From a virus (lineage: Duplodnaviria; Caudoviricetes), in IMG/VR virus record IMGVR_UViG_3300017774_000929, positions 1 through 36,868 of that record: DNA of 36,868 bases; one strand, given 5' to 3'. Positions 17,124 to 26,100 of this stretch are shown here, piece after piece. Within the stretch, counting starts at the first letter, position 1; every line of letters begins with the position of its first letter. Made by a program: the position numbers and the translations under genes. The notes beneath the pieces are model-generated. The model was not told the origin of the DNA and made no database searches. It worked only from the letters and a program-made list of their open reading frames with translations.

Positions 17124-20030
17124 ATGTTCCCGCCTCCGCCGCAGCAAATGCAGTCGATGCAGCCGCAGCCCAGCCCGCAAGGTATGGGCATGTCTCCCAT
17201 GGGCGCTAGCTCTAATCCTATGGGCATGCCGCAGCAGCCGCAGGTAATGCCACAAATGGGTGGCGGGAAGCCTATGCAGCCGTCTTACCCCGCTGCGCCG
17301 CAAGCCAACCAGATGTCCCAGTATGGTCGCGGCAACGACACCATGCTCATGCACGTCACGCCGGGCGAAGTTAATGGCCTGCAGCAGTTGGCGCAGATGA
17401 AGGGTGGTTCGCTGACAACCAACCCGATGACCGGCCTGCCCGAGGCTGGCTTCCTTGAGGATATGCTGCCTACCATTCTCGGCGTGGCTGGTAGCTTCTT
17501 CGGCATCCCGCCCATGCTCACTGCGGCTGTCGTTGGTGGCGGCACAAGCCTCGCTACGGGTAGCCTTGAGAAAGGCCTGATGGCTGGCCTCGGCGCATTC
17601 GGCGGCTCTGGAATAGCTGGCGGCTTGGGTCTGGGTGCCGCTGGTGCTACCCCTGCTTTGACGACGGGCGCGCAAACCCTAAACGCGGCGGGCAACGCTG
17701 CGCTGTCGCCACTTACTACCGCTGTCCCCGGTGCTGCCGGTGCTGCCGGTGCTGCCGGTGCTGCCGGTGCTGCCGCCCCCGTAGCTGCCATTGGTGTTCC
17801 GGGTCCTATTAGTGCTGGCGGGTTGTTTTCAGGAGCCCAAAGTGCTGCCGGTGCTACCCCTGCTTTGACGACGGGCGCGCAAACCCTAAACGCTGCGGGC
17901 AATGCTGCGCTGATGCCGCTTACTGCATCTGTCCCAACCGCCGCCAACCCCATTGCCGGTTTTGGTCAACAAGTTGGTCAGCAGGCTGCTGACTTTGGCA
18001 CCCGGTTTGCCGGGGAAGCCTCCAAGAACTTTGCTGGCGCAGCCGGTCCTACCAACCTGTACAAAACAGGCGCAGCGGCTCTCGGTGCAGCCCAGCCTTT
18101 CCTTAGCGCTATGGAGCCCCGCTACGCAGCGCCGCAAGCTGAAGACGACGGGTTCAACTACGAAGGGCCTTACCTCCCGACAGAGCGCCGTGCACGGTTC
18201 AAGCCAGCTGGTTCGGAGAACGACTCGTCCGAGTTCTCTTACTTCGACGACACCAACCCCTATCCGGGTTTTGCTCCGGCTCCGCGAGGTTTCGCCAAGG
18301 GTGGCGACGTGCCAGCACCAGAAGTGCGCCCCGGCAACCTAGACATCGCCCCCACTTTCCCGCTTCCGCCAACCATCCCGGGCACCGGGGGGCCTATGCC
18401 TGCCGTTCCCATTGGTGAAGGCGGCGGTTACGTGGTGCAGCCGGGCATGCCGTTCCCTCCGCAACCGCCTATCCCTCCAAGTAGGTGGAACAGTTCAGTG
18501 CCGGGCAGGGTAACGCGCCCCTTGGGTTATGGCGACGAGTATAACTACGGCACGAGCGGCGGTGGAGAACGACGCTTTGAGCCCCCCGCACCTACTACGC
18601 CTACTGTCCCTCCCCCTCTCATTGGCGGCGGGGGCTACACTGGCGGTGGCTATACCGGCGGCGGCATCGACTTCACTCAAGACGACCTAGACCGGCTGAC
18701 CCGCTACGTCCGTGGGCTTGGGGGCGGGACGACGTCAGCAGAAGTCACTCAAGGTGGGGGAGGTGGCGGAGGGGGCATATCGGGGGGAGCGGGGGGCAGC
18801 GGTTCTGAGACGCCGCTGCCCACAAACCCTACTCGCCCAACTACTCCTCCCCCGGTTATCGAGCCCTACTCCCCGCCACCGGCACCGCCAGTGGTCATTG
18901 ACCCGACGCGCCCGATTAACCCTCGCGGCGGCGGTTTCGACGTGGCTGACGAAGTGTCCCCCGATGGTGGCGGCACCGGAGGCGGCACTGGTGTAGACGT
19001 TTTACCCCCTCGCCCTCTGCCGCCAGTGGTCGAGCCTTCACTGCCACCCCCGCCGCCAACCGCTCCTGCGCCGGTTATCGAAACGCCACCCGTGCTTCCG
19101 CCGCTTCCAGTGGTTGAGCCCTCACTTCCTCCGCCGCCTCCGCCACCGGCACCGCCTGTGGTCGTCGAGCCCCCGCGTCCGCTGAACCCCCGTGGTGGTG
19201 GTTTTGACGTTGCTGACGAAGTCACTGACACGCCGCCTCCGCCTCCTCCGGTAACCGAACCTTTCCTGCCGCCTCTTCCGACGCCGCCAGTAACCGAGCC
19301 CTACTTGCCACCTCCTCCGCAGCCGCCTGTGGTCGAGGCTCCTCCCCCGCCGCCGGTCCTTCCGCCCGCGCCTCCCCCGCCTCCGGTGGTCGAGCCTTCA
19401 CTGCCGCCTCCGCCTATGCCGGAAGTGCGCCCGCGTGATTTGGAGATTGCTCCGAACTACGTGTCTCCCAAGCTCGCACTTCCTCCAGTCGTTCCGCCCG
19501 CGCCTCCGCCTGTCATGCCTCCGCCTGTCATGCCTCCGGTGAATGAACCTTACCTGCCGCCGCCACCGCCGCCGGTTATCGCGCCGCCGGTTCTTGACCC
19601 AAGGCTGTCCGAGACTGACCAAGAGATCATGCTCGCGTCTCCTAACGAGAAGCGCAAAAAGTTCGCCGCTGGCGGCACAGTGCCGCTGGACAACGGGGCC
19701 TTCATCATCGACGCCCGCACGGTGTCTGAACTTGGTAACGGCAGCAGCAGCGCTGGTCAGGAACTGCTGGCTAGGTACGGCGGTATGCCTATCCGAGGTA
19801 AGGGCGATGGGGTCAGTGACTCTATCCCAGCCAAGATCGACGGGCGGCAGCCAGCACGCGTAGCCCGAGATGAGGTCAAGTTCGACCCGGAAGCTGTCCG
19901 TAGGTTTGGCGGCGGCGACCACGCACTGGGGGTCAAGCGGCTTCACGCCCTGATGGACAAAGCACACAAAGCCCGCAAGGGTGCCGACCGTGGGGAAGAC
20001 ACCAAACTGCGGAAGGCGATGGTTAGATGA
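17124..20030 (+). CDS. Putative internal/ejected virion protein with a long Pro-rich region, 968 aa
   Basis: GAGGA RBS favours ATG 17124 over track TTG 17085. GRGNDTMLMHVTPGEV and LTTNPMTGLPEA motifs, Gly/Ala hydrophobic stretch, poly-Pro tract, C-terminal GDGVSDSIPA domain. Confidence 0.75.
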   Translation: MFPPPPQQMQSMQPQPSPQGMGMSPMGASSNPMGMPQQPQVMPQMGGGKPMQPSYPAAPQANQMSQYGRGNDTMLMHVTPGEVNGLQQLAQMKGGSLTTNPMTGLPEAGFLEDMLPTILGVAGSFFGIPPMLTAAVVGGGTSLATGSLEKGLMAGLGAFGGSGIAGGLGLGAAGATPALTTGAQTLNAAGNAALSPLTTAVPGAAGAAGAAGAAGAAAPVAAIGVPGPISAGGLFSGAQSAAGATPALTTGAQTLNAAGNAALMPLTASVPTAANPIAGFGQQVGQQAADFGTRFAGEASKNFAGAAGPTNLYKTGAAALGAAQPFLSAMEPRYAAPQAEDDGFNYEGPYLPTERRARFKPAGSENDSSEFSYFDDTNPYPGFAPAPRGFAKGGDVPAPEVRPGNLDIAPTFPLPPTIPGTGGPMPAVPIGEGGGYVVQPGMPFPPQPPIPPSRWNSSVPGRVTRPLGYGDEYNYGTSGGGERRFEPPAPTTPTVPPPLIGGGGYTGGGYTGGGIDFTQDDLDRLTRYVRGLGGGTTSAEVTQGGGGGGGGISGGAGGSGSETPLPTNPTRPTTPPPVIEPYSPPPAPPVVIDPTRPINPRGGGFDVADEVSPDGGGTGGGTGVDVLPPRPLPPVVEPSLPPPPPTAPAPVIETPPVLPPLPVVEPSLPPPPPPPAPPVVVEPPRPLNPRGGGFDVADEVTDTPPPPPPVTEPFLPPLPTPPVTEPYLPPPPQPPVVEAPPPPPVLPPAPPPPPVVEPSLPPPPMPEVRPRDLEIAPNYVSPKLALPPVVPPAPPPVMPPPVMPPVNEPYLPPPPPPVIAPPVLDPRLSETDQEIMLASPNEKRKKFAAGGTVPLDNGAFIIDARTVSELGNGSSSAGQELLARYGGMPIRGKGDGVSDSIPAKIDGRQPARVARDEVKFDPEAVRRFGGGDHALGVKRLHALMDKAHKARKGADRGEDTKLRKAMVR
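17643..17893 (+). repeat. 44-bp exact direct repeat (17643-17686 / 17850-17893) flanking a (GGTGCTGCC)x5 microsatellite (17730-17774)
   Basis: Encodes GATPALTTGAQTLNAAGNAAL twice with (Gly-Ala-Ala)x5 between; in frame. Confidence 0.9.
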
Positions 20031-20506
20031 TCGGTTCACCTGAGTTCGACACGTACGAATGGCAGCAAGCGCGCAACGCGAAACTGGTAGAGTGGCTGGG
20101 CGACGCCAACGCCATCAGGTTCATCATGGACTTCTCGGACACGTGCGAGCTGTTCGACGACCTGATCGACAGGGATAAACCTATCGAGGACGGGCACGTA
20201 GTCCGCGTGTTGTTCAAGGTTCTTACGGAGATGCCGCTGAACCCGTTCTTCCACCACTACAAGGCGCAGCTTATACCTATCATCGTCACAGGCATTAACG
20301 CTTGGCTAGATGCCAACGACCTTGAGCACGGGGACGACAACGACAAGGTCTTTGCTTACGTATTGCGTGACTGGTATATGGAGTTCGTGGCGTACATCAT
20401 CTACCTCGTTCGTGGCCGCGACTACATGCGTGCGGTCAGTTTGGACGTTAGGCATTTTTTTACCCACCATGAAACGCTGGGTGAGTATCTGGAGAAAATG
20501 TCATGA
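20027..20506 (+). CDS. All-alpha DDxxD protein, candidate isoprenoid-synthase/prenyltransferase fold, 159 aa
   Basis: ELFDDLIDRD (DDxxD at 20156-20170) and second acidic motif NAWLDANDLE; ATGA overlaps with both neighbours. The ORF is secure; the function is inferred. Confidence 0.6.
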   Translation: MIGSPEFDTYEWQQARNAKLVEWLGDANAIRFIMDFSDTCELFDDLIDRDKPIEDGHVVRVLFKVLTEMPLNPFFHHYKAQLIPIIVTGINAWLDANDLEHGDDNDKVFAYVLRDWYMEFVAYIIYLVRGRDYMRAVSLDVRHFFTHHETLGEYLEKMS

Positions 20507-21636
20507 GCGGCGGCGGCGACAGCACACCACCCACCCAGCAGGTCAACTCCACGACCACGACCAACAACCTACCGGAATACGCACGTCCGTATTTCGAGAA
20601 CATACTCAACCGTTCGCAGGCTGAGTCGTATCGACCCTACACCCCGTATGAGGGGCAGCGCATCGCTGGCTTCACGCCAGATCAACAGGCGTTGCAAACC
20701 GAAGTCCGCAACATGCAGACGCCGGGGCAGTTCGGCGCTGCGTCAGACCTAGCCTATGGAGCGGGACTGAGTGCTGCTAACGCGGGGCAGTACGCCCCCA
20801 CTGCTGTGGTCAACCAGCAAGTGCAGATGCCGTTCCTAGAACGCTACGGGATGCAGGGCGCGGAGCAGTTCGGCAACCAGCAAGCCCAGCAGTATATGTC
20901 GCCGTACATCCAGAATGTCGTGGATGTGCAGAAGCGCGAAGCGGTGCGTGACGCGCAGAAAAGCCAGCTGGCCCAAGACCTCGGTGCTGCACGTCAGGGC
21001 ACTTATGGCGGAGCTAGGCAGCTTCTGGCTGCCACTGAACGCGAGCGGGCTCTGGGTCAGCAGATGGGCGATATCCAAGCCCGTGGTCTGCAGTCTTCCT
21101 ATGAAAACGCGCAGGCGCAGTTCGAGCGTGATCGTTCCGCTGGCTTCAACGTCGGGCAACAGAACCTGCAGGCTGCCATGCAGCGGCAACAACTCGGCAC
21201 TCAGTCTGGCCTTCAGGCCGCGCTGGCTAACCAGTCCAGCAACCTCGACGCACAGAGGCTGGCAGAGCAGTCCCGTCAGTTCGGTAGCCAGCAGGGGCTA
21301 GCCGGAAACGCACAAGCTCTCGAAGCCGGTCGCACCTTGGGTAACCTCGGTCTGACGCAACAGCAGGCGGATATGCAGCGCCTCGGCCTCCAAGGTGCCA
21401 GCGCGGACCAGTATCAGCAGATGCGCCAGCGCCAGTACGACACGGCTTATGCAGACTTCCTGCGTCAGCGCGACTATCCGATGGAACAGCTTGGCCAATA
21501 CAGCAACCTGCTGCGCGGCATCCCGGTCGGGCTGAACACCACTGGCACTACATACGCTCCGCCGCCGTCGATGCTGGCTCAAGCGGGTGGCATTGGTCTG
21601 GGCGCAGCTAGCCTTGCACGGCTGAGCGGGGGTTAA
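20503..21636 (+). CDS. Putative DNA ejection / pilot protein, Gln/Ala-rich, 377 aa
   Basis: GGAGA RBS; MSGGG..T-rich..LPEYARPY start, YTPYEGQRIAGFTP, YMSPYIQNVVD, GTYGGARQ; coiled-coil composition; Gly/Ala hydrophobic C-terminus. Confidence 0.72.
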   Translation: MSGGGDSTPPTQQVNSTTTTNNLPEYARPYFENILNRSQAESYRPYTPYEGQRIAGFTPDQQALQTEVRNMQTPGQFGAASDLAYGAGLSAANAGQYAPTAVVNQQVQMPFLERYGMQGAEQFGNQQAQQYMSPYIQNVVDVQKREAVRDAQKSQLAQDLGAARQGTYGGARQLLAATERERALGQQMGDIQARGLQSSYENAQAQFERDRSAGFNVGQQNLQAAMQRQQLGTQSGLQAALANQSSNLDAQRLAEQSRQFGSQQGLAGNAQALEAGRTLGNLGLTQQQADMQRLGLQGASADQYQQMRQRQYDTAYADFLRQRDYPMEQLGQYSNLLRGIPVGLNTTGTTYAPPPSMLAQAGGIGLGAASLARLSGG

Positions 21637-21640
21637 GTAG

Positions 21641-23110
21641 ATGGAAACCAAGCCTTTCAGCATGCAGTCCCCTGAGCAGATCGCCAAGGACTACATGGGC
21701 AACAAGCAGAAGATCGCCGCTGCCGCGCAGATGGGGACAGTTGACCCTACCGCTGCTGTCTTGGCTGGTATGTTCATCGACCGCATGCGCTCCGCGCAGG
21801 TGCAAGAGCAGATGCCCGCGCGCACGGTAGCTCAAGATGTGCTCTCTCCTCCGCAGATGGGCGTCGGCGCTCCGCCTCCGGGTATGCCGCCTATGGGTGC
21901 TCCTCCTCCTCCGATGGGTGCCCCGCCGATGGGCGCACCACCTGCTGGTCCTATGGGTGGTATGGGCGCTCCTGCTGGCCTTGGTGCACTTCCTCCCGGT
22001 CCTCCTGCTATGGGTGCTCCTCCCATGGGTATGGCGGATGGCGGACTAGTCGACCTGCTCGTCCCCAGTGATACTTTCCCAGATGCTAACTACGCTGGCG
22101 GTGGCATTGTGGCTTTTGCTGCGGGTGACCCGGTGGTCGCCCCCGCTGCCCCCGCTGCGGAGGAGGAAGAATATGTGTTTGACCCCGCCAGCGTGCGGGA
22201 CGTCGCGCGCAACATCGAAGAGTACAACCAGCTGTACCAACCCAACACTACGCGCAGGCAGGCGACTACCGCATACTACGAAGGCCTGATGTCGCCGGAA
22301 GCTCAGGAGAAGAGCCGCAAGGAAGACCTCTACACCATGCTGGCCCAGATTGGGTTTGGTATGGCTGGCACCAACTCGCCTAGTTTTCTGCAGGCTGCGG
22401 GTCAAGCTGCTAACGCTGCTATCCCCGGTGCCGTGCAGGCCCGCAAGGAGCGCAAGGCTGAACAACGCCAAGGGCTGGCCGCGCTTACCAGTCTTGAAGA
22501 AGCAGGCAACGCAGAGCGCAGGGCTGGTGTAACCTACGGTTTGGAGCGCCGTGGAACCGGGGAAAGTGTTAGCGAGGCCCGACGCAACACAGCAGAAGAC
22601 CGCGCCTTCCGCACCTCCGAGCGGCTAGGTGGCGAAGCGCATGAGCGAGGGATGCTCGGCGCTAGGCTATCTGCCCAACAAGCATCTGAAGGCGTAGGCA
22701 GAGGCGGCACTGTTAACGGTGTAGCCATTCCTGACTTTGGTAACGACGGCCCGGGTCGCCGTATGCGGCAGTTGTTTATTGCCAAGATGTCTAGTCGCCC
22801 CCCAACGGGCAAGGTTTGGAACCCTGACATAGTGGCCGCTCAGGTGCAGCAGCTCGTTGCAAACGACGGCGTCCTCCCCGGCGACAGGTTGGGCGCTCCC
22901 GGTACTTCGGTGGCAGAGTATCTAAGGGACAGGCCCACTGGTGGCAGTGGCACAGGGACGACTAGAAACAGGGACATTGTCAGCATCACGCCGCTACCTC
23001 GCGCCGTCGTCCCTAGGGTTGCTCCCGCGCGAGCCGTCGTCCCTGCCGAAACCTACGCAAGCAGGCGTAGCGGGTCTGAGTATGAAGACCGCGTGCGCGG
23101 GGTGTCGTAG
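21641..23110 (+). CDS. Putative internal/ejected virion protein, 489 aa
   Basis: GAPPMG repeats followed by MADGGLV and YAGGGIVAFAAGD; amphipathic LAQIGFGMAG..FLQAAGQA; lies in the ejection module. Confidence 0.7.
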   Translation: METKPFSMQSPEQIAKDYMGNKQKIAAAAQMGTVDPTAAVLAGMFIDRMRSAQVQEQMPARTVAQDVLSPPQMGVGAPPPGMPPMGAPPPPMGAPPMGAPPAGPMGGMGAPAGLGALPPGPPAMGAPPMGMADGGLVDLLVPSDTFPDANYAGGGIVAFAAGDPVVAPAAPAAEEEEYVFDPASVRDVARNIEEYNQLYQPNTTRRQATTAYYEGLMSPEAQEKSRKEDLYTMLAQIGFGMAGTNSPSFLQAAGQAANAAIPGAVQARKERKAEQRQGLAALTSLEEAGNAERRAGVTYGLERRGTGESVSEARRNTAEDRAFRTSERLGGEAHERGMLGARLSAQQASEGVGRGGTVNGVAIPDFGNDGPGRRMRQLFIAKMSSRPPTGKVWNPDIVAAQVQQLVANDGVLPGDRLGAPGTSVAEYLRDRPTGGSGTGTTRNRDIVSITPLPRAVVPRVAPARAVVPAETYASRRSGSEYEDRVRGVS

Positions 23111-26100
23111 TGGGTGACAAACGGTATATTGTGCGGGCACCGAACGGCGTCCAGTACGCTGTCGTGGGTCGAGAAGGGCTGTCTCGGCGGGAAGTTATAG
23201 CCGCTGTAATAAGTCAAAACCCGGATGCTGGGGTTCGCACCTATCAGGTGCGTGCAAACGACGGGAACAACTACGAGGTCCGTGGTCGCCCCGGCCTTAG
23301 CCAGACACAGGTGCGCAACGCTGTTCACGCGGAAATCCCTGAAACAAATGTGCGCCGTAATGCTATTGGCGCTGGCTTTGCGCAGGCCAGAAACAACCTA
23401 ACTACAGGCTTGCCCTTTGCGTTTGAAACCGCGACCGGGAGGCTTACTGAAGAAGAACAACAGAGATACCTAGCTTCTCAGCGTCGAGCGGCAGAGTTAG
23501 CCGAACAACGCCTGCCCGGCGGAGCACCGTCTTTCGATGACATGATGAGTGGTCGCGCGGATTTCTTCGGCGGCTTGATGGAGAACCTAGGCCAGAGCAT
23601 CCCGCAGGCTGTTCCAGCTGTCGTTGGTGGTCTTGGCGGCGCGGCTATAGGTTCCGCTGCGGGGCCCGGTGGCACGATTGCTGGCGGCATCGGCGGTGTT
23701 CTTGGTGGCGTGGGAGCCTCCACTCCTTTCTTCGTTGGCAGCAACGTGGCCAGAGCTACCGAAGGTGGGCAGGTCCCACTTACCCAAGGCGCGGCCCGCC
23801 GTGCGATAGCCGCTGCCCCTGCCCAAGCTAGCGCTGACGTTCTGGCCGCTAAGTTTATCCCCGGTGTTGGTCGTTTATTCGGTGGCCCCGCCACCTCCAC
23901 TGCGATTAGTAGGCTTGCTCGTCCCGGACTGGCTAGGGGCGCTGTGCGTATTGGGCAAGGTGCGGTTGCTGGCGGCACTGCGGAAGCTGGCCAACAGTTT
24001 GGAGAGCGCTACGCCGCTGGCCTGCCTCTGGGCGACCGCGAAGCTATGCGGGAATATGGTGAGTCTGCGGCTCTCGGCGCTCTTATGGACGCGTCTGTTG
24101 GTGTCGCTGGCGCGCCTTTCTCTGGCCGTCGTGATGGTTCTACTCCTACCCCCTCCGCCCCTACCCCCATCGGTGCCCCTCCAGCTTCCACTGACTTCGG
24201 CACAGAAGAAGACACCGCTGCGGTAGCAAAAGAACTAGAGGCGCTTGCACCCGAACAGCAGGCTGTGTTTGTTAACGAGTATAACCGCCTTATCCAAGAC
24301 GGGCTTACCTCTGAAGCAACCGCCGCTACTATGGCGCTTGATACTGCTAAGCAGGTGCCTGTAACCACAACACAAGGCACTGAAGATGTTGTATCTGTCG
24401 GACGACCTGATGGAGAAAGCGTTCCTAGCCTTGACGCACGGGGCGAACTGGACGGAACTCCCACAGGACCTGAAGGAGTTGCAGCCGGAGATGTGGGCGG
24501 GGCTGGGAGCCCTCCTCCTGTCGGTCTACAAAGTGAAGGCAATGTCGACGTTGCACTAACGGCGACAGCACCAAAACGGCGCAAGGGTAAGGCGGCGGTA
24601 GCGCCCATTGCAGAAGGTGAAAACCTAGCGGCACCTGCGCTGCTGTCTATCCCGGAAGCTTCCGCCATAGTTGTGCCGGTCGAATACCCAAAAAACCCGG
24701 GCAGGCAGAGTGTGTTCGAGGTGGGCTACAAGGCCGCGCTGTCCGGTGTGGCAGTGCCAGAAACTGTGCTCAACGAGTTCGGCAAAGACCGGTTTGCGTA
24801 CAACGCTGGCGTAACTAACGGGCTTGCAGCCCTGCCTGAACTGTTGTCTGCGAGAGGTCAGCCTACGCCTGTGCCTGAAGTGGCTCCTGTGGCTCCTCCC
24901 GCTCCTGAAGTGGCTCCCGCCCCCACCGGCAAAGCTCCACTTCCCGCAGAGCGCCGTGCGGCGCAAGCCGCTAAAACAGCGGACCTGAACGCAGCCAACA
25001 CCGCAGCTGTAGACGCGCTTGAAGCTGCAGGGGGTGACACTAAGAAGGTCGCGGACTTCCGCAGCTTCATCGCTAACCCGTCCCCCACTGTCTCCCCCGT
25101 GGTGCTGTCCAAGCTTATCGCACGGGAGGCTTCCAAGCTCCCCGCTGCGGACGCCGCTCAGCAAGCCGACAACATGCGGACAACCATTCGCCCCCCAGAG
25201 AGGAGCAGGTACCCTGACGGGTTCGTGCCTGACCCCGAGTTTGAACGCCGCATACAGGGTAAAACTCTGTCTGAGGCTGTGACGGAAGCCGCAGTAAGTC
25301 GTTACGACCGCACTGGCGACATGGCCTACTTCAAAATCGGCACCCGTGTAGCCGACAAAATCAAAGCTATGGAGCAACAGGGGTTTAGCTTTGACGTTGG
25401 TCTAGCTTCGGTGGGTGACCCCCGCATGGAATCCTTGTCCTCTGCTGGGCAGATGAAAATGGATATGGAGACGGGCGCGATGTCCGTCCTCCTGCGGGAC
25501 AGCAAAGCCATAAGCAGCGGAACCACACCCGAAGTACTCATGCACGAAGCTGTGCACGCTGTGTCTTCTCCGCTGATACGGGAGGCTGCGGAAAACGCGC
25601 TGTCTCCTAACAGGGCTGTGTACGAAGAACTTCGAGCGCTGTTTAAAGAAGTTTCCGCGCAAGTGGACACGTTGCCTGCGGACCTGCGCACGAGCAACGC
25701 CATGAAAAACGAACGGGAGTTTATGACTTGGGGGCTGACTAACAAGCCTTTCCAAGACTGGTTGCGCACTGTTCCTGTTAAAGGCGGCAACGCTTGGTCT
25801 GCGTTTGTCGAAGTTATGCGCAAGTTGCTTAGCATAGACAAAGCCGAAATCAACGCGCTTACACGTCTATTAGAAGTTTCGGACAAAGTGTTTGCTGCAG
25901 ACACCGCGCCAGCGTCTCCCGAACAATGGAACGCGCTACAAGCTCGCAAAGCTAGCGGCGAATATAAAGCTATGCACCTCCAGTATCACCTAGATAAAAA
26001 CAAGCCGACGCTTAAGCAAGCTCGTGAACTGTTAAGCGCAGCTACCACGCGCAACGAAGTGGCCTCTGTGCTCGGGATGCTTGAAGGCCAAGGGGTTTTA

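Noticed and set aside
17124-19660. FPPPP/LPPPPP tracts as eukaryotic formin/ActA-like actin-recruiting motifs or contamination
   Set aside because: The tracts are in frame within a gene bearing phage-type motifs at both ends and coupled to phage neighbours; nothing supports a eukaryotic target.
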